Positions 13,270 through 26,871 of a stretch of DNA of 64,000 bases are shown here, piece by piece. The DNA is from Azolla caroliniana (lineage: Eukaryota > Plantae > Polypodiophyta): the NCBI GenBank assembly GCA_043228905.1, contig JBHGNT010000012.1, forward strand, positions 7,812,001 to 7,876,000. The letters are read 5' to 3'. The notes below the pieces were generated by a model. That model worked only from the letters and a program-made list of their open reading frames with translations, ran no database searches and was not told the DNA's origin. Both the position numbers and the translations under genes were made by a program. The first letter of the stretch is position 1; each line of letters starts with the position of its first letter.

Positions 13270-14635
13270 GATGTGTGACATCAAAATGTTTTTTCTGACG
13301 TTGTTGTGTCTTACTAAGGTTGTATTGGAGTGCCCGTCGGAGAGGAATGTTGGATTGCAGGTATAACCACCATGACGTTGCATCTATGTGATTAGTGTGT
13401 ATCTTGATGGCATGTGGGTTTGGTGGAAGTCGTGGATCCCTACCATATAATTCTTTGAATGGACTCACCCAAGTTAATTCTTGAACCAAAGTATTGTAAG
13501 CATGTACCACAAATGGGAGTACATGATCCCATGATTGGTGCAATGAATCAACATAAACGGTTATCACTTGTTTTAATAGTATTGTTCATCCTTTCCGTGA
13601 GCCTGTTGGTTTAGGGATGGTATGGTGAAGTAAATAGTTGTTTGATCGCTAAACTTTGTGCGAGTACTTTGAGAACTTAACTTCAAAATTGAGATCCCTA
13701 ATCCGAAATGAGTTATTGTGGACACCCGTGGGGGAAAATGATGTGTTGTAGTAGTGCCTTTGCTATTGTACTTGCCGTTGAATCAAGTAAAGGAACGACC
13801 TCACACCAATGAGTCAGGTACTCCGTGATCACTAATATGTATTTGTTGCCATGGAGTGAAACTAGGAATGGCCCCATGAGGTTCCAATCGACCATCTCAA
13901 AGGGTTCCTTCACCATGATCGATGTCAATGATCTGCCCATGGATTGCAGACTCTTCATAGCCTGACACATAGGGCATGACTAGAGGAACACCGATATGGA
14001 TTGTTGCAACTTCGGCCAATAGTACATGGAGCGTATTCGATGGAGAAGTTTATGGAAAGTGAAATGGCTAGATAGTTGGTGGTTGTGATAGAAATCAAGG
14101 TATGTCACTCACAATGCTACGGGGACATACAACTGTGGTGGACATCCCTGACATACATATATAGAACATTGTCAATCATGATAAAATTTCGGCTAAGTTG
14201 TGCATCATGACTTGCTTGAATTCATATTATAATTTCCTTGATTGTTGGGTCTTGTTGTTGCATCTGTTTTATTTGATGTTGATGTAGCGAAATATCAGTC
14301 TTGCTTACTTGAGCAACTTGATATTCCATATGTGAGAGGGCATCCACCACTACATTGGATTGGTCACATTTATATATCATTATGAAATTATATTTTTACT
14401 AAGCAAGGGCCCAACGAAGTAGTCGTCCTGGTGGTTGTGTCTTCTAAATTAGGGATATTAAAGGTTGATGATTTGTCTCTACTTGCACCATTGTGTCGTG
14501 CAAGTATGGATGGAATTTTTGGAACAACCATACCACGGGTAAAAAATCATTTTCTGTTGTTGAATAATTTTGCTCTGATTTTGTTAGTGCGCAACTAATG
14601 TAGGCAATCGGGCCAAATTCTGATGATTTTTCCAT
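13270..14635 (-). mobile_element. Degenerate Ty3/gypsy RNase H and integrase fragment
   Basis: PIAYIS..LTKSEQNYSTTE, PFEMV..DLMGPF..GNKYILV, WDHVLPFVVHAYNT. Confidence 0.85.
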
Positions 14636-14824
14636 TAACCATTAGGCTTATTTATACATTCTATGTCATTTATTTGAATTCTTGGTTCAACTCCTAACCA
14701 CCCATTGTACTTTCTTGATGTGCATTGGTTCGACTTGGGATCAAACAAACCTAACTTCTTCATCTAATATCCAAATTTTTAAAGCAAATATTCATAAAAA
14801 ATCTCATAAGGAGAGCTTTCGAAA

Positions 14825-15491
14825 TGTAGCTTGGTTTCTTCAATTTGAGATTACAAAAGAGAAGTAGTGATGAAAATAGAAAACACCTCACATAGAGAAG
14901 CTTTTTTTAGGGGGGGGGGGGGGGGGGAAGCAATAGAAAACCTATAAATAAGAGTTCCTTATTAACAAGAAAGGGGGGAGAAGAGGACGTGGATGCTTTG
15001 CCGATTTGGAAGGCTGAAAAAGAGGGGTCAACATCAATGAAGGATCTCCCTCTTCTATACTCCACTCCTTTTCTCCATCTCTCTTTCCCCTTCCTTGATG
15101 AACTATCTTCTTTGTAGAAAATGTTCTTATTTTGTAATCAAGTAATGTTTCCTTTCACCTACCTGTCTTGTGTGTAAGCCTTTCTATTGTGTGTTTGTGT
15201 GACTTGTGATAGGGAAGGTTTTGGGAAACCATGCACCTGTCCTCCTCATAAAGGCATTCGAACATTCATGTGCGTGTTCTTGTCTCTTCTTTGGGCATTT
15301 GGTCGTCTTGTGACGAGGAAGGTTTCAAGAAACCATGCACCTCTCCTTTTCACAAAGACATTCGAACTTCTATGTTTGGTGTGTAAACCTTCCTTTTGTG
15401 TGTTCATGTGTCTTGTGATTAGGGAGTGTTTTGGGCGTGCCCATGCACCTCTCCTTTTCATAAAGGCATTCAGACTTCTGTGTCTTGTCTA
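14825..15491 (+). repeat. Left part of an LTR-like repeat with ~90-110 bp subrepeats, split by Copia A
   Basis: TATA-like CTATAAATA at ~14942; recurring CCATGCACCT..AAAGGCATTCGAAC units continue at 54714. Confidence 0.6.
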
Positions 15492-16252
15492 ATACCATGT
15501 TAGAAATATTGAGAATCGATTAGATAGGTATATAGAGTTACAATTACAAAGATGGATATATGAAAACAAAACTTCTATTACATATGAGAGTAGCTCACAA
15601 TGGTAGTTTACCCATGCGCTCACACCTTAGAGCTTAGATAGGATATGGACCAACTCACTACAAAATTAGTGGGGACTGATGATCAATCTAGCCACTGTGT
15701 AAGAAAGTGGATTATATTCTATGTTTGGTCTGAGTATAACATTAAATGTGCAAGTCAGTTGATAGTAGTGGAGATATTCCTTTTCTGTCAACTGACTTGT
15801 CATTTAATATGACCCAATTCCATAGATATAGGCCAGTGCTAGATAGTACTTATCTTGAAGTCAATGGCACATACTTCAAGACTAAGTACATCGTAACTTG
15901 CCCACGAAATATTATAGTTGACTTGATTAGCCAATCCTATTACCTATTTCGCTCTTTCCTAAATACATTGTGTCCTACACATCTACGGTTTCCTAGATTA
16001 ACATCTTATCAACCCATATGGTCAAGTTGCACACTAGCCACTCCTCATTTGGGGTGTTATCACAAAATGTGCACTCTAAGAGCGCATATGGGGATAGATT
16101 TACAACTTCAGGCTGATCATTGATTATATCTAACACGCCCCTTCAATGATCAACCCATTGAGTTCACTTGGTATTGGGCCAACTCCTAGTTGTCGAAGGT
16201 GTTGTTGTAGTTGTTCTGCTCCAAGCGCCTTTGTGAAGATATCCGCAACATT

Positions 16253-19058
16253 TTATGATGTAAGACAATACTCAAGCTCCACAATCTCATCATTTATTAG
16301 CTCCCGCACATAGTGATACTGAATCTCTATGTGTTTAGTACGCGCATGAAATACGAGGTTCTTGGCAATGGCCATGCAACTCTGATTGTCACACCTCAAT
16401 ACCATTGTCATCCTTATTAGAACCGCCACATCCATAAGGATTCTTCTTAGCCAAACTACCTCGCATGTTGTTATGCATGCTGCTTTGTATTCTGCCTCCA
16501 CTGAAGATAGTGCCACTGTTGGTTGTTTTTTACTACTCCATGAAACAACTCCAGAGCCTATTGAAAAACAATATCCAGAAATTGATTTTCTGGAATCACT
16601 ATCTCCAACCCAGTCAGAGTAGCAATACCCACTAAGTTCGTCAATTGTTGGCTTGTAGAAGATTCTGTAATTTAAAGTACCCACAATGTACTTTAATACA
16701 CATAGTGCAGCTTTCCAATGAGTCTCCTTTGGTTTTATTGTTGAATCGACTCACCACATTGGCTGCAAAACAGATATCCGGTCTAGTGTTGCATAGGAAA
16801 ATTAAACTTCCTACTAGTTGTCTATACTTCCTTATGTCAACCATTGGTGGCAGGTCTTCTTGGGATAGCTTGCAGTTTGACTCCATTGGAGTTGACTTCG
16901 ACTTGTTGTCCATCATTCCAAAGGTCTTCAAGATCTCTGTTGCATACTTTCTTTGTGACATGAAGATGCAAACTGAGGTTTGCCAAACCTCAATTCCAAG
17001 GAAGTAGTGTAAAATCCCCAAGTCTATCATTTCAAACTCAGTTTTCAAACACTCTTGTGTTTGGCCAATACACTCTTCATGGTCACCATTAAGTACAAGA
17101 TCATCCACGTAAATGATGATTATGACTTGTTTCCCGTCCTTCATTTTGACATACATACTTGCATTAGAAGCACATTGCTTAAAGTTGATTGAACGTAAGA
17201 AGTTGTCTATCCTTTGTTCCAAGCTCTTGGTGCTTGCTTTAGACCATACAACGCCTTCTTCAGCTTGCGGACTTTGTTTTCTGAATTCGGCATCTCAAAC
17301 CCTGGTGGTTGTGTCACGTATACCTCCTCCTTGAGATGCCCATTCAGAAATGCCGATTTGACATCCATTTGATAAATCGGCCATCCTCTTGAAGCAACCA
17401 ATGCTATGACCATTCGAATTGTTGTCATGCGAGCTGTTGGGGCAAATGTTTCTTGTACATCGAACCCTTCAATTTGGGAGTATCCTTGTGCCACTAGCCT
17501 AGCCTTGAATTTCTCCAAAGAACCATCAACTTTATACTTTACTTTCCACACCCACTTGGTGCCTATCACCTTCCTCTTTGTTGGCCTCTCTACCAACTCC
17601 CATGTGTCATTTTTCATGATGTTATCATATTCTGATATCATCGCCTCTTTCCACTTCGGGTTGGCCATGGCTTCCTCCACCGAGGTCGGCTCACTCACTG
17701 AGCCTATGATGTCCACCATTAGAGCCATGTTGACAATGTGGTCAGAGGCTCTCCCTTGCTCCTGTATTCTTCTTGATCTTTGTAATCCATCAGTTGAAGT
17801 TTCAGGAAACTCAACTTTAGGAGTACGGTCATTGAAGAGTTGTAAAGCCCACTTAGGTATTTTCTTTACATGTGGGACTAGCATAGGCTGAACTACTGAG
17901 CCATTACCATCAAATGGGTCAGCTTCCTTTTCTGGACAGTGGGTCCAGATTGGGTGGAATACTTCTTCGATTGATGAGGTAACTTGAGAATCATTGTTCT
18001 CATCTAGCTGTGATCGTTCCTTATCGAACACCACATCGCGGCTTGTCAATATCTTTCTTGCCTCTGGATCGTAGAGTCGATAGGCCTTTGACTCTTCACT
18101 ATATCCAAGAAAGATACACCTCTTGCTTTTAGCATCCAACTTATTTCTGCTCACATCTGGAACATGTGCGTAGCACGTACACCCAAAGGTTCTGAAGTGC
18201 AACACTAAAGGTTTCTTGCCTGAATAAGCTTCTTGGGGTGTTTTCCCTTGAAGTGCCTTCGTGTAGCTTCGATTGAGGATTTAAATTGTTGTATTCACTA
18301 CTTCAGCCCAGAATGGTCAGGCATTGCTTGTGCCTTCAACATCTCGACAACTGTTCAGTTTTGACATTCAACAACACCATTTTGTTGTGGGGTGTGGGCA
18401 GTTGTAAGTTGGCGCTTAATTCTATGCTCTTTGCAATACTCACAAAATTCTATTGATAAGAATTCTCCACCTCGATCAGAGCGTAACTCCTTCACTAACT
18501 TTTCGGACTCTCGCTCGACAAACTTATGCCATCTTTTGAAGATTTTAAAAGCTTCTACCTTCTCCCGAAGGAAGTAAACCCACATCTTTCTACTGAAGTC
18601 GTCGACTAGTAGCATATAGTAGAGAGATCCACCCATTGTAGGAGTCACCATTTTTCCAGAGAGGTCGATGTGTATTAGTTGTAGAGGAGTCTTTGTCCGA
18701 TTTTGACTCTCTTTTGGAATGGTTGATCTTTGATGCTTGCCCATCATACAAGCATCACAAACATGACTTAAGTCAGATAGGGTTGGCAACCCAACTACCA
18801 TATTCGACTTCTTCATCTCCTTCAACACAACAACATTGAGATGCCCAGATCTCTCATGCCATTGCTTTGTGTTAGTACTTGTGTTGTGGTTAGTAAAAAT
18901 TGTAAACACGCTGAGCTCATAGAGATTGTTGCGCCTTACCTCTATTCCTACAACCTTGCCAACATAATCTGTTATTTCTGCACCTGACTTCTTGAATCTA
19001 ACATCAAGACCCTTGTCGATCAGTGCAGAAATGGACAGTAGATTCTTCTTGAGATCTG
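16253..19058 (-). pseudogene. Copia A pol: integrase, RT, RNase H (frameshifted)
   Basis: [47 protein letters not shown]. Confidence 0.93.
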
Positions 19059-19141
19059 GCACGTGTTGGGGACAAGGTCATCAGTGTGGAAGAACAAACA
19101 ACATCTGTGATGGTGAAGAACCTGCGTATCCGAATGAAACA

Positions 19142-19209
<68 letters not shown>

Positions 19210-19599
19210 GCACAAAGAACACATTTTATTTCTCAATAGCAACCGTTACAAATGACAACCAACCAACCTTTACTAAAGGTTACAAAGTCACTATAGTGAC
19301 TATCCTAGGGCAACTGCCCTTTATGCTATTTACAAAAATAACCCAAACTTGGGCTGTCCAAAAAGGACAGTGTGAATACGGCCATTATACACTCGTATTC
19401 GACACTCCCCCGTAATGGGCGTATACATGGGTTATACTAAAGTTACAGGTATGTACAAGGTTGTCGAACAGATCGGTTTTGTTCGAGTCGGCAGGATCCG
19501 AAGACTGAAGCCTGAACCGGCCGGGTCGGAATAGTTGAAACTGATCCTCAAAGAACCGATGTTTGTTGTTTGAAACCATCCTGTGTTGTGTGTCCGACT

Positions 19600-20790
19600 T
19601 TAATCGGACCGATTTTTCGTTACACCCATCTGGTGCCGAAGGGACCGGAAATGATCCGCCGAAAGACACTTGGTCATTCCATCTTCGACATTATTGGTTG
19701 TGGATATTTTCTCGAGACCGATTTTACCTGAAATGACGCAATCCCGAACGAAGTGATATCGAATGTCGATATGCTTGGAGGCGTTGTGGTGAACCGAATT
19801 CTTTGACAAAGCAACAACACCCTGATTGTTGTTGTAGACAACTGAGCCGAGTCGAGGTCGACTTGTCGAAATGTGTGCGCCAGCCGACCGAGCCATAAAG
19901 CTTCTTTTGCCACGTTGGACGCGACTACATATTCCGCTTCGGTCGTTGAGGTGGTTGTGCACTCTTGAAGTTTCGACTTCCATGAGATTGCTCCATTGCC
20001 GAATTTGAAACAATATATGGTTGTTGATTTCCGATTGTCCACGCAGTCGACGAAGTCCGAGTCGGTGTAACCGACTACGCCTGAGGTTGAGTTTGGGCCA
20101 AAAAGAATGTCGCGGTCTTTTGTGTCAACTAGATATCTGAACACATGCTTGAGTGCGTTCTAGTGCAATCGGCCTGGGTTGTGCATGAATCTGCTAACGA
20201 CTCCTACGACGTGAGAAATATCAGGCCGTGTCGCGACCATCACGTACATAAGGGAGCTGACTGCCGGTGCATACGGTACCGACTTCATATCTTCCCCCTC
20301 CGGACCGGATGTCAAGCAGTCTCACTGAGACAACCGAAGGTTAATGGGGAGCGGGGACGAAGCAGACTTGGCTGAGTGCATGTTGAAGCGTTCCAAGACA
20401 CGTCCGATGTAGTCGGTTTGAGACAAAAAAAGTTGTCGTTTATCGCGATGCCGACTAATCTTCATACCAAGTATGTGTCTTGCCAGACCGAGGTCCTTCA
20501 AGGCAAACTTCAACCACAGTTTCCGAACGAGTTCAGTGAGCTCTCCGGCCGGAGAGTAGCATGTCGTCCACATAAATGATGAGGAAGACTGGAGACCCAT
20601 CTTGAGCTGTTTTGGTGAAGAGACAATGGTCCTCATCACTCTTGGAGAAGCCGACCGACTGGATGAAGTCATCGAACTTTTTGTACCACTATCAGGGTGC
20701 CTGTTTCAGGCCGTATAAACTCTTCCTGAGTCGGTAGACTAGATGTTCCTAGCCGGATGCCACAAAGCCTTTCGGTTACTCCATATAGAT
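19600..20790 (-). pseudogene. Copia B RT and RNase H remnant
   Basis: LKDLG.ARHILGM, GYTDSDF..D.RKSTT, SKHIDIRYHFVRD. Confidence 0.9.
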
Positions 20791-20841
20791 TGTTGGGAGA
20801 CAGGTCCCTCCGGATGGGAAGGGAGAAGAGCAGTGCCGAAA

Positions 20842-21019
20842 CGGTATGAACAGGATGGGGAGTACCCGACTGCGGAGAGCCGGATGGTGTAGGCCCGGTA
20901 TGAACCGGATGGGGAGTACCCGACTGCGGAGAGCCAGATGGTGTAGGCCCGGTATAAACAGGATGGGGAGTACCCGACTGCGGAGAGCCGGATGGTGTAG
21001 GCCCGGTATGAACCGGATG
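20842..21019 (+). repeat. 54-bp tandem repeat (3.3 copies) in the U3 of C
   Basis: CGGTATGAAC..GTAGGCC at 20842, 20896, 20950 and 21004. Confidence 0.92.
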
Positions 21020-21517
21020 AAGAGACATATTCGTAAATATGTTTCTGAGAGCCCATCAAGGCTACATTTGTAAATAGCCGAAAAGTCATATTAGTATAAA
21101 TATGACTTAGGGCAAACTTTTAGGTGTGTCGTTTTTGTTATTGTTATTCTTCCTTGTTGGTGCAAGAAGAAGCGAGAGCGCGTATCTGTACAGAGAGAGA
21201 GAGAGAGAGACGAGGTCGTTGCCTCTGTTGTAACCGCCGCCTGTGGCGAAGATCTGAGAGCACGAGGTCGTTGCCTCAGTGAACTCACTGTTGTATATTC
21301 CTACATAGTGACAGTTTGCAGCCTGTGGGCTGCCGTGGTTTTTCCCCTATTTTGGGGTTTTCCACGTAAACTTCCTGTGTACCATTTCTCCCCTTTGTGT
21401 CGCGTTTCATTACCTGTTTTTTCTGTGTATGAAAAGAATCTCGGTTGTGGCCGAGCATCGGACATAAGGAACGTCGAGTTCACAACAAGTGGTATCAGAG
21501 CGAAATCGACACAGGAA

Positions 21518-24500
21518 ATGGACGAATCGTTTGGCGGCATGTTCAAGCTCACCGGCTCCAACTATTCAGTGTGGAAGTCGAAGATGAGGGACATGCTCGT
21601 GGTTAAAGACCTCTAGCTGCCGGTTTAGTTCGGGGACAAGAGACCGGACAAAATCGACGCCGCGATATGGGAGGTGATGCACATGAAGACAACGGCGTAC
21701 ATACAATGCTTCATCGACATGAGCCTGTACAACAACTTCAATGAAGAGAGCAAGGCTCATGAGCTCTGGGAGAAGATCGACATAATGTTCCAGAACAAAA
21801 ATGTTGTCAATCAGGTGTCGGTATTCTGGAAGCTAGTAAGACTCCGGTACCAAGATGGCTCCAGCATGGCGGAGCATATGAATGCCTTCCAGGGGCTGAT
21901 CCACCAGGCAACGTCATTGGAAGTACCTCTTGCCGATGAGGTCCTAGCGCTACACATGCTCGGTTCTCTCCCGGATAGCTGGGAGACGTTGGTTGTCACT
22001 TTGGGCAACGCCGGGCCGGAAGGAAAACGGTTATCCCTAGCAAGAGTAAAGTCGAGCTTACTAGATGAGGAGGCTCGTCGGAAAGACAAAGATACGAGCT
22101 CCGACTCCAAAGCGCTCCTTACCGAATCGGAACGTGGAAGACATAGAAACCGTAGTCCCCAGAACCGGGAGAAGTCGGGGACACGGTCAAAGTCAAGGGG
22201 GAGGCCTACTTGCTTCTATTGCGGCAAGCCGGGACACTTCCAAAAGAATTGTCGGCATTTCCGTAAAGACAAGGAAACCGACGGTACCAATTCGAAGCAA
22301 ACCCCGAACCGGAACGGTACAGACCGGAACGGTAAAGACCGGAGGGGGCCGGACCGGAAGGGAACGACGGCAATTGCGGCAAGTGAAGAGGAGTTGATGC
22401 TCATCACCGAGGAGAGTGAGATAAACCATGCCGGCGACGAGATGACCTGGGTGGTAGACTCTGGAGTGTCGTTCCACCTTACCCCGAACCGGAAATGCTT
22501 CTCATCCTACTCAGCCGGTGATCACGGCTGTGTCCGGATGGGGAATAAAGGAACATGCCAAAATTGTCGGCATAGGAGACGTGTGGCTGACAACACCAAC
22601 CGGATGCAAGTTGCTGTTGAAGGATGTCCGACACGTTCCGAAAGTTCGTCTGAACCTGATATCAGCCGATCGGCTAGATGATGAAGGCTACACGGGTAGC
22701 ATCCGGAACGGTGTCATGAAGTTCAGCAAAGGGAGCCTGATTGTGGCTCAGGCCCGAAAGGTAAACACATTGTACCTGATGAATGCCCGGTTATGTCCGG
22801 AAGAAGTGAACGTGGCTTCCGACACTGCCGGTGAGCTGTGGCACAAGAGGCTATGTCACATGAGTGAGAAGGGGATGAAGAGGCTTGGAGACGACAACCT
22901 CATTCCAGTGAAGAACGTGCACTTAGAGAAGTGCACTGATTGTCTGGCCGGTAAGCAGAACCGGACCTCCTTCCGACCAAGGCCACCGATGAGACGTAAT
23001 GCACCACTGGAGTTGGTGCATACGGATGTTTGTCAAGTAGACACGAAGTCACATGCCGGAGCGCAGTACTTCGTGACGTTCATAGATGACCACAGCCGGA
23101 AGCTGTGGGCCACACCGCTGAAGACGAAGGATCAGGTGTTATCAGTCTTCAAAGAGCTCCACGCGAGAGTGGAAAGAGAAACCGGCCGGAAGCTGAAGGC
23201 GGTTCGAGCAGATAACGGAGGAGAGTACCGGGGGCAGTTCGAGGAGTACTGCCGCTCGAAGGGAATCCGGCTCGAATTTACCGTGCCGAAGACGCCGGAA
23301 CTAAACGGACTGGCCGAGAGGATGAACCGGACCATAATGGAGAGGGTCCGGAGTATGCTAGCGCATGCAAAACTACCCAAGAAGTTTTGGGCTGAGGCAC
23401 TGTCGACGGCGACATATGTGATAAACAGATCACCCTCAGTACCCTTGGACGGAGACACGCCACAGAGAGTATGGACCGGTAAGGAAGTGTCTTACCGGCA
23501 TATGAGGGTGTTCGGGTGTCTCGCGTACGTGCATGTAGCAAAGGACCGGAGAGGAAAGTTAGATCCAAAGACCCGGCCATGCATATTCCTCGGTTACGGT
23601 GATGATGAGTTCGGCTACCGAGTGTGGGACCCGGTCGACAAGAAGGTATTCCGGAGTCGAGATATTATCTTCATGGAGGACAAGACGCTCGCCGACTGGG
23701 AGTCGGAGAAGAAGATAATGAACTCCGAGTCGACCGGTAAGGATAGACTCTACAATGAGCAGACCCAACCGGCAAGAGACCGGTTAGCACTCGAGGAACC
23801 AGCCGGTTACAGTGAGGATACCGAACCGGCAGAAGAAGAAGTAGAGGAAGCTGAGACCGGAACCGACCAAGACCCCGAATCGGACTCGGATGAAGAGCAA
23901 ATGGAGAAGCCGGTTACCAAAGCCCGAAGACGTAGATATCCTCTCAGAGAGAGAAGGGCGCCCCGGAGATTTCCGAATGCAGAGCATGTTCTGCTGACCG
24001 ATGAGGGGGAACCGGAAAGCTTCGAAGAAGCGAAGGAAGACACCCACAGCCGAAAATGGTTAAGTGCCATGCAGGATGAGATGGATTCCCTGCATGAGAA
24101 CCATACGTATGAATTGGTGGAGCTGCCGAAAGGAAAGCGGGCACTCCGAAACAAGTGGGTGTTCAAGTTGAAACCGGGAGATGCCGGCAACCCCCCGAGA
24201 TACAAAGCCAGGATCGTGCTGAAGGGGTTCCAGCAGAAGAAGGGCGTGGACTTCGACGAAATATTCGCCCCGGTAGTAAAGATGACCTCCATCCGGACGG
24301 TGCTGAGTATAGCAGCAAGCATGGACCTCGAGGTAGAGCAGCTGGACGTGAAGACGGCATTCCTTCATGGCGACCTCGAAGAGGTGATCTACATGCAGCA
24401 ACCGGAAGGATTTGTGGAGAAAGGGAAGGAGCACCTGGTATGCCGGTTGAAGAAGAGCCTATACGGACTGAAGCAGGCTCCCCGGCAATGGTATCAGAAG

Positions 24501-25579
24501 TTCGACTCCTTCATGACCGATCAAGGGTACCACAAGACGCAGGCCGATCACTGCGTGTTTGTGAAGAAGTTCGAAGGAGGGGACTTCCTGATACTCCTCC
24601 TGTACGTGGATGACATGTTGATCGTCGGACGGGACCAAGTCAAAATACGGATGCTGAAGAAGGCTCTCAACCAGACCTTCTCAATGAAAGACTTGGGTCC
24701 GGCAAGACAGATGCTGGGGATGCACATCATTCGGGACCGGTCAGTGAAGCAATTATGGTTGTCACAGGAGAAGTACGTGACAAAGGTGCTTCACAGGTTT
24801 AACATGACAGATGCGAAACCGGTCGGATCGACACTTCCGGCAAACTGCAAGCTATCCGGCAAGCAAAGCCCGAAGACGAAAGGAGAGAAGGCAGATATGA
24901 TGAAGATTCCATATGCCTCTGTCGTCGGGAGCTTGAGTACGCAATGGTTTGTACCCGACCAGACATTGGATACGCAGTCGGAGTGGTGAGCCGGTTTATG
25001 AGCAATCCCGACAAGGAGCATTGGAACGCGGTCAAGTGGATACTCTGGTATTTGAAGGGCACTTCAAATATGTGTCTCCGATTCGGTTCCGGGAAACCTC
25101 AACTGGACGGTTTCACCGATTCGGACATGTCGGCTGATGTGGATACCAGCCGGTCTACATCCGGGTATGTGATGACATATGCAGGGGGAGCTGTTTCGTG
25201 GCAGTCGAGGCTGCAGAAGACGGTTGCATTGTCAACCACAGAGGCGGAGTACATGGCGGCTGTAGAAGCCGGCAAGGAAATATTATGGATGAAGGACTTC
25301 ATCGGAGAGCTCGGTATCCGGCAAGAGGAATACCGACTCTACTGCGACAGTCAAAGTGCCATCCACCTTGCTAAGAATGCGGCCTACCATTCCCGGACGA
25401 AGCATATCCAGCGGAGGTATCACTGGATCCGGGAAAGGGTAGATGACCAGGAGTTCGCACTGGCGAAGATCCACACGGCCGAGAACGGGTCAGATATGCT
25501 GACCAAAGTGCTGACACCCGACAAGCTGGACGCATGCCGGAAGAGGATCGGGCTGGAAAGACACCCCATGCCGGAGTGA
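21518..25579 (+). pseudogene. Copia C gag-pol, nearly complete with a few stops and frameshifts
   Basis: CFYCGKPGHFQKNC knuckle, WVVDSG protease, ADNGGEY integrase, YVDD RT, TKHIQRRYHWIRE RNase H. Confidence 0.95.
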
Positions 25580-25726
25580 AGGGGGAGTTTGTTGGGAGAC
25601 AGGTCCCTCCGGATGGGAAGGGAGAAGAGCAGTGCCAACGAACAAACTCGGTCGAGGCCGACAGGCCGAGGCCGAAACGGTATGAACAGGATGGGGAGTA
25701 CCCGACTGCGGAGAGCCAGATGGGTG

Positions 25727-26295
25727 CGTTATGCCGGCATAACGATGACACGGGGATACCAACCAAAAATAAGTCACCCTCTTTGAGTGTGAAGTATAAA
25801 GGGTACAAGGAATGTACCTTTGTTCCTCGAGCAAGCAAGAGGTTCCCTTTGTGGAGTGTCCACCCTCCTTATGAGAATCCGGCACGGATGCCGGCTTCGT
25901 CAAACTGTTTGACTGAGATCAAGGGTCTTGAGAGCTCAGGAACGTATCGGACATTGTGTAGTACGAGTGTAGAGCCACCCGGAAGGTTGAGCTATCCGAT
26001 TCCGATTATAGCACAGAGCTGCTAGTTTCCGACTCGAACTGAGTCGGAGTGCTGGTCCGAGTATTGCCGAAACTGAGATCGGTGAGGTGTCACATGATAC
26101 GATGCGCCCGAGTCCAGGAGCCATGTGCTCGATTCATCAGTCGTAAGAAGAACTTCTTATTCGACTAGGTTCTCTATGCATAATATGTTCGGGTCGGTCA
26201 TCAAAATTTCGGCTGAAGAGTTGACGTAGTTGACCTCCTCATGCCGGCTACTCTTCTGATCCACTCTTTGAGCTTTGTCGGTTTTTGCTTTGAGT
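25727..26295 (-). pseudogene. Copia B protease region (continuation of gag from 51066)
   Basis: Reading across the GCCCG TSD gives KSGHIKADCRA/LKAKTDK...TWLLDSGASYHVTPHRSQF. Confidence 0.85.
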
Positions 26296-26871
26296 GCCCG
26301 TGTTGTCCGCCGGAATAGTAACCGACGGACAAGAGCGTAGGAATAAGAAATAATATAAGATCATAACTGTTACCCAGCCGGCAACGGAGCGGAGACCAGA
26401 ATGTGAAAGGGATGGTTATTTGGAATATATTTTAATTAAGTAAAGTAGATTTTAATTATGTAGTGAACAAACGGACTGGAATCGGTATGTTGATCCAAAT
26501 CCGGACCGATTCCGAACAGGTGCCGGTTGGCACCGTTTTGTACGCAGCACCGGTGACCTATATAAAGGCCCGGTTACAATGTAAAACTTCAACAGAGAAT
26601 TAATATAAACTTCTTGTTTTATCTTCACGTATTGATTATCGTTCTGTATTAATTGTTATATCTTATGCGTGTATTAAGTGAATGCCTTATTGCTAAATAG
26701 CCAATTAAGTCGAATTAATCGTGGTGTCTTAAGTTATCTCGCCGTAACACCCCTTTGGTGAAGTGTCTTCCGGACACACCCTGTGTTAGGCCATTGTCCG
26801 GCCCTAAGGATTAACACAGTTTTTGGCGACCACGATTCCTGCACAATCGCAGCGAACATCGGCGGGAATGG

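Larger units (their letters stand above)
20791..25726 (+). mobile_element. Copia element C (Tnt1/Tork-like): 5' LTR 20791-21487, PBS(Met) 21490-21501, PPT 25579-25589, 3' LTR truncated after ~135 bp
   Basis: TGTTGGGAGACAGG at both 20791 and 25590; TGGTATCAGAGC; inserted into the RT of B. Confidence 0.93.

Noticed and set aside
15746-16123. 125-aa ORF present in both LTRs of A (also 54324-54701)
   Set aside because: It is antisense to the element, has no recognisable motif, and its duplication is explained by LTR identity.
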